Source: an uncultured Clostridia bacterium (lineage in GTDB: Bacteria > Bacillota > Clostridia > Christensenellales > Aristaeellaceae). Taken from it: a stretch of DNA of 64,000 nucleotides. Shown here piece by piece: positions 62,567 through 64,000 of the stretch (position 1 is its first letter; each line of letters opens with the position of its first letter). The notes beneath the pieces are model-generated. The model had not been told where the DNA came from and ran no database searches. It was given only the letters and a program-made list of their open reading frames with translations. The stretch is taken from the NCBI GenBank assembly GCA_934647165.1, contig CAKUFA010000001.1:80141-144140 (forward strand), written 5' to 3'. A program made the translations under genes and the position numbers.

Positions 62567-62621
62567 GTCCTGAGAACGTTTTCCATCAACGTTCCCGAGA
62601 AACAGGGGGTATGAAGGACCT

Positions 62622-63815
62622 ATGAAGACCACGGTTGCGGCCATCGACTTTGGCACAAGCAAGATCGTTACCCTGGTCGCGGAAAATAGCGGCTCGCAGC
62701 GGTGTGATATCGTGGGCGCGGGTATCGCCGCTTATGATGGCTATCTGGAGGAAGGGTGGAACAATCCTGCCGCGCTGGATGCAGCCATTCGCCAGTCTGT
62801 TTCCGAAGCGGAGAGCCAGAGCCATCGTAAAATCCATGCGCTGAATATTGGCGTTCCGGGCGCATTCACCCGGGTGTATGCCACCAAGGTGACCATTGAC
62901 CTCAAGGGCACGGCTCCCCAGGTCACCGCGTCCGATGTGAAGGACGTGTTCAAGCAGGCCGCCGCTAATCTGGACAAGCTGCCTGGTGTGGTCATTCATT
63001 CCAGCCCGGCGTGGTTTACCGTGGATGATGATAAGAAGACCCTGGAACCTGTGGGATTGAAGGGGCGTCAGCTCAGCGGCCTCATCTCCTTTGTGGTGGC
63101 CAATCAGTTTTTTGTGGATGATGTGAACAACCGTATCCGCGAAATGGGTATTGACGTGGCGGGCTTCTTCTCGACCCCCGCGGGCGAGGCAATGCTTTAT
63201 CTCCCGGAGGAGGACCGCGACCGCACGGCAGAGCTTATCGATATTGGCTATCTGAATACCGATATCATGATTATGGAGGGCGATGCGCTCATTTTCCATG
63301 ATACGGTTGAGATCGGCGGCGGCAATATTGCGGCAGATCTGGCCATGGGGCTGGATATTCCGCTGTCCGCGGCAGAGGAAATAAAACGGCAGTACGTGTT
63401 TGGCCTTGCCGCGCCGGATACGACTTATGATGTGCCTGCGGCCGAGGGCGGCAAGCCGATGACCTTCACTCGCGAACAAGTGGGGGAGATTATCGAGGCA
63501 CGGGTGGATGAAATTGCTGAAGAAATTCAAAAAGCAGTGGATCAAAGCGGCATCAAGTTGGGCAACTGGAGCAATATATACTTGACGGGCGGCGGATTGT
63601 CTTTCAACCGCGGCGGTAAGGATTATCTTTCCGGCAAGCTGGAGCGCCCCGTGCGCGAAACACCCAAGCGCACCACCAAGCTCAACAGCCATGCTTTTTC
63701 AAGCACACTGGGCTTGATGGATCTCATTATTGACACCATCGAGCAGAAGCGTCAGCCCGCCACCGGTTTCACCGGCAAGGTAAAGGAATTTTTCCGCAGT
63801 CTGCTGGGGTATTGA
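62622..63815 (+). CDS. ftsA: cell-division protein FtsA
   Basis: AIDFGTSKIV (actin-fold phosphate-1), IDIGYLNTD, GGG and a C-terminal amphipathic tail (KVKEFFRSLLGY). Confidence 0.9.
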   Translation: MKTTVAAIDFGTSKIVTLVAENSGSQRCDIVGAGIAAYDGYLEEGWNNPAALDAAIRQSVSEAESQSHRKIHALNIGVPGAFTRVYATKVTIDLKGTAPQVTASDVKDVFKQAAANLDKLPGVVIHSSPAWFTVDDDKKTLEPVGLKGRQLSGLISFVVANQFFVDDVNNRIREMGIDVAGFFSTPAGEAMLYLPEEDRDRTAELIDIGYLNTDIMIMEGDALIFHDTVEIGGGNIAADLAMGLDIPLSAAEEIKRQYVFGLAAPDTTYDVPAAEGGKPMTFTREQVGEIIEARVDEIAEEIQKAVDQSGIKLGNWSNIYLTGGGLSFNRGGKDYLSGKLERPVRETPKRTTKLNSHAFSSTLGLMDLIIDTIEQKRQPATGFTGKVKEFFRSLLGY

Positions 63816-63864
63816 TGCAACCGCTCTTCCGAATTATTTCGCAATGAAGTCAGGGGGATGAAAC

Positions 63865-64000
63865 GTGATTGAGTTTCAGAAAGATGACCAGACCAGTTTT
63901 GCGTCCATCAAAGTCGTTGGTTGCGGCGGCGGTGGCAATAATGCTGTCAATCGCATGGTAGACGCGGGTCTGCGGGGCGTGGAGTTCATTTCCATCAACA
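63865..64000 (+). CDS. ftsZ: cell-division protein FtsZ, 3' partial (runs off the window)
   Basis: The GTG at 63865 follows [23 protein letters not shown] is the tubulin-like signature region. Confidence 0.9.
   Translation, partial: MIEFQKDDQTSFASIKVVGCGGGGNNAVNRMVDAGLRGVEFISIN

Noticed and set aside
54423-63692. Minus-strand ORFs 54423-55988, 60062-61117 and 62586-63692
   Set aside because: They lie antisense to murE, murA and ftsA respectively.

Overview
The window looks like a chromosomal segment of a roughly 57% GC Clostridia-type Firmicute. Supporting signs are GGAGG ribosome-binding sites (RBS), an ispH-S1 fusion gene, the lonB/lon pair and tig-clpP-clpX synteny. Most of it is conserved housekeeping. 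This includes a frlB/frlD-like sugar-amine operon with a divergent ROK regulator (3.5-8.8 kb), and yajC with a DUF1667 three-gene flavoprotein operon divergent from adhE (12.3-19.6 kb). It also includes an efflux and arabinofuranosidase block (22-31.6 kb), a type-A RNase P RNA, and cmk-plsC-ispH/rpsA, purC and tig-clpP-clpX-lonB-lon-engB (31.6-48.4 kb). The last part is a dcw cell-division cluster from mraZ to ftsZ (51-64 kb). Three accessory or decayed zones stand out. First, a five-gene cluster of secreted and zinc-ribbon proteins that I cannot assign, followed by a truncated oxidoreductase that abuts a hairpin-rich segment starting GTGCG (0-3.5 kb). Second, a junkyard made of a tandem 210-bp hairpin-rich repeat, an AT-rich mosaic of gene fragments, and a recombinase-less conjugative-element remnant whose TnpV-like gene carries an in-frame TAG (8.8-12.3 kb). 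Third, a prophage remnant between tRNA-Lys and tRNA-Val, with a frameshifted holin, phased 11-bp iterons and a retained toxin-like domain coupled to a small ORF (20.0-21.7 kb). I found no CRISPR array, no intact mobile element and no recognisable defence system. All family assignments come from motif recognition by eye and were not checked against any database.
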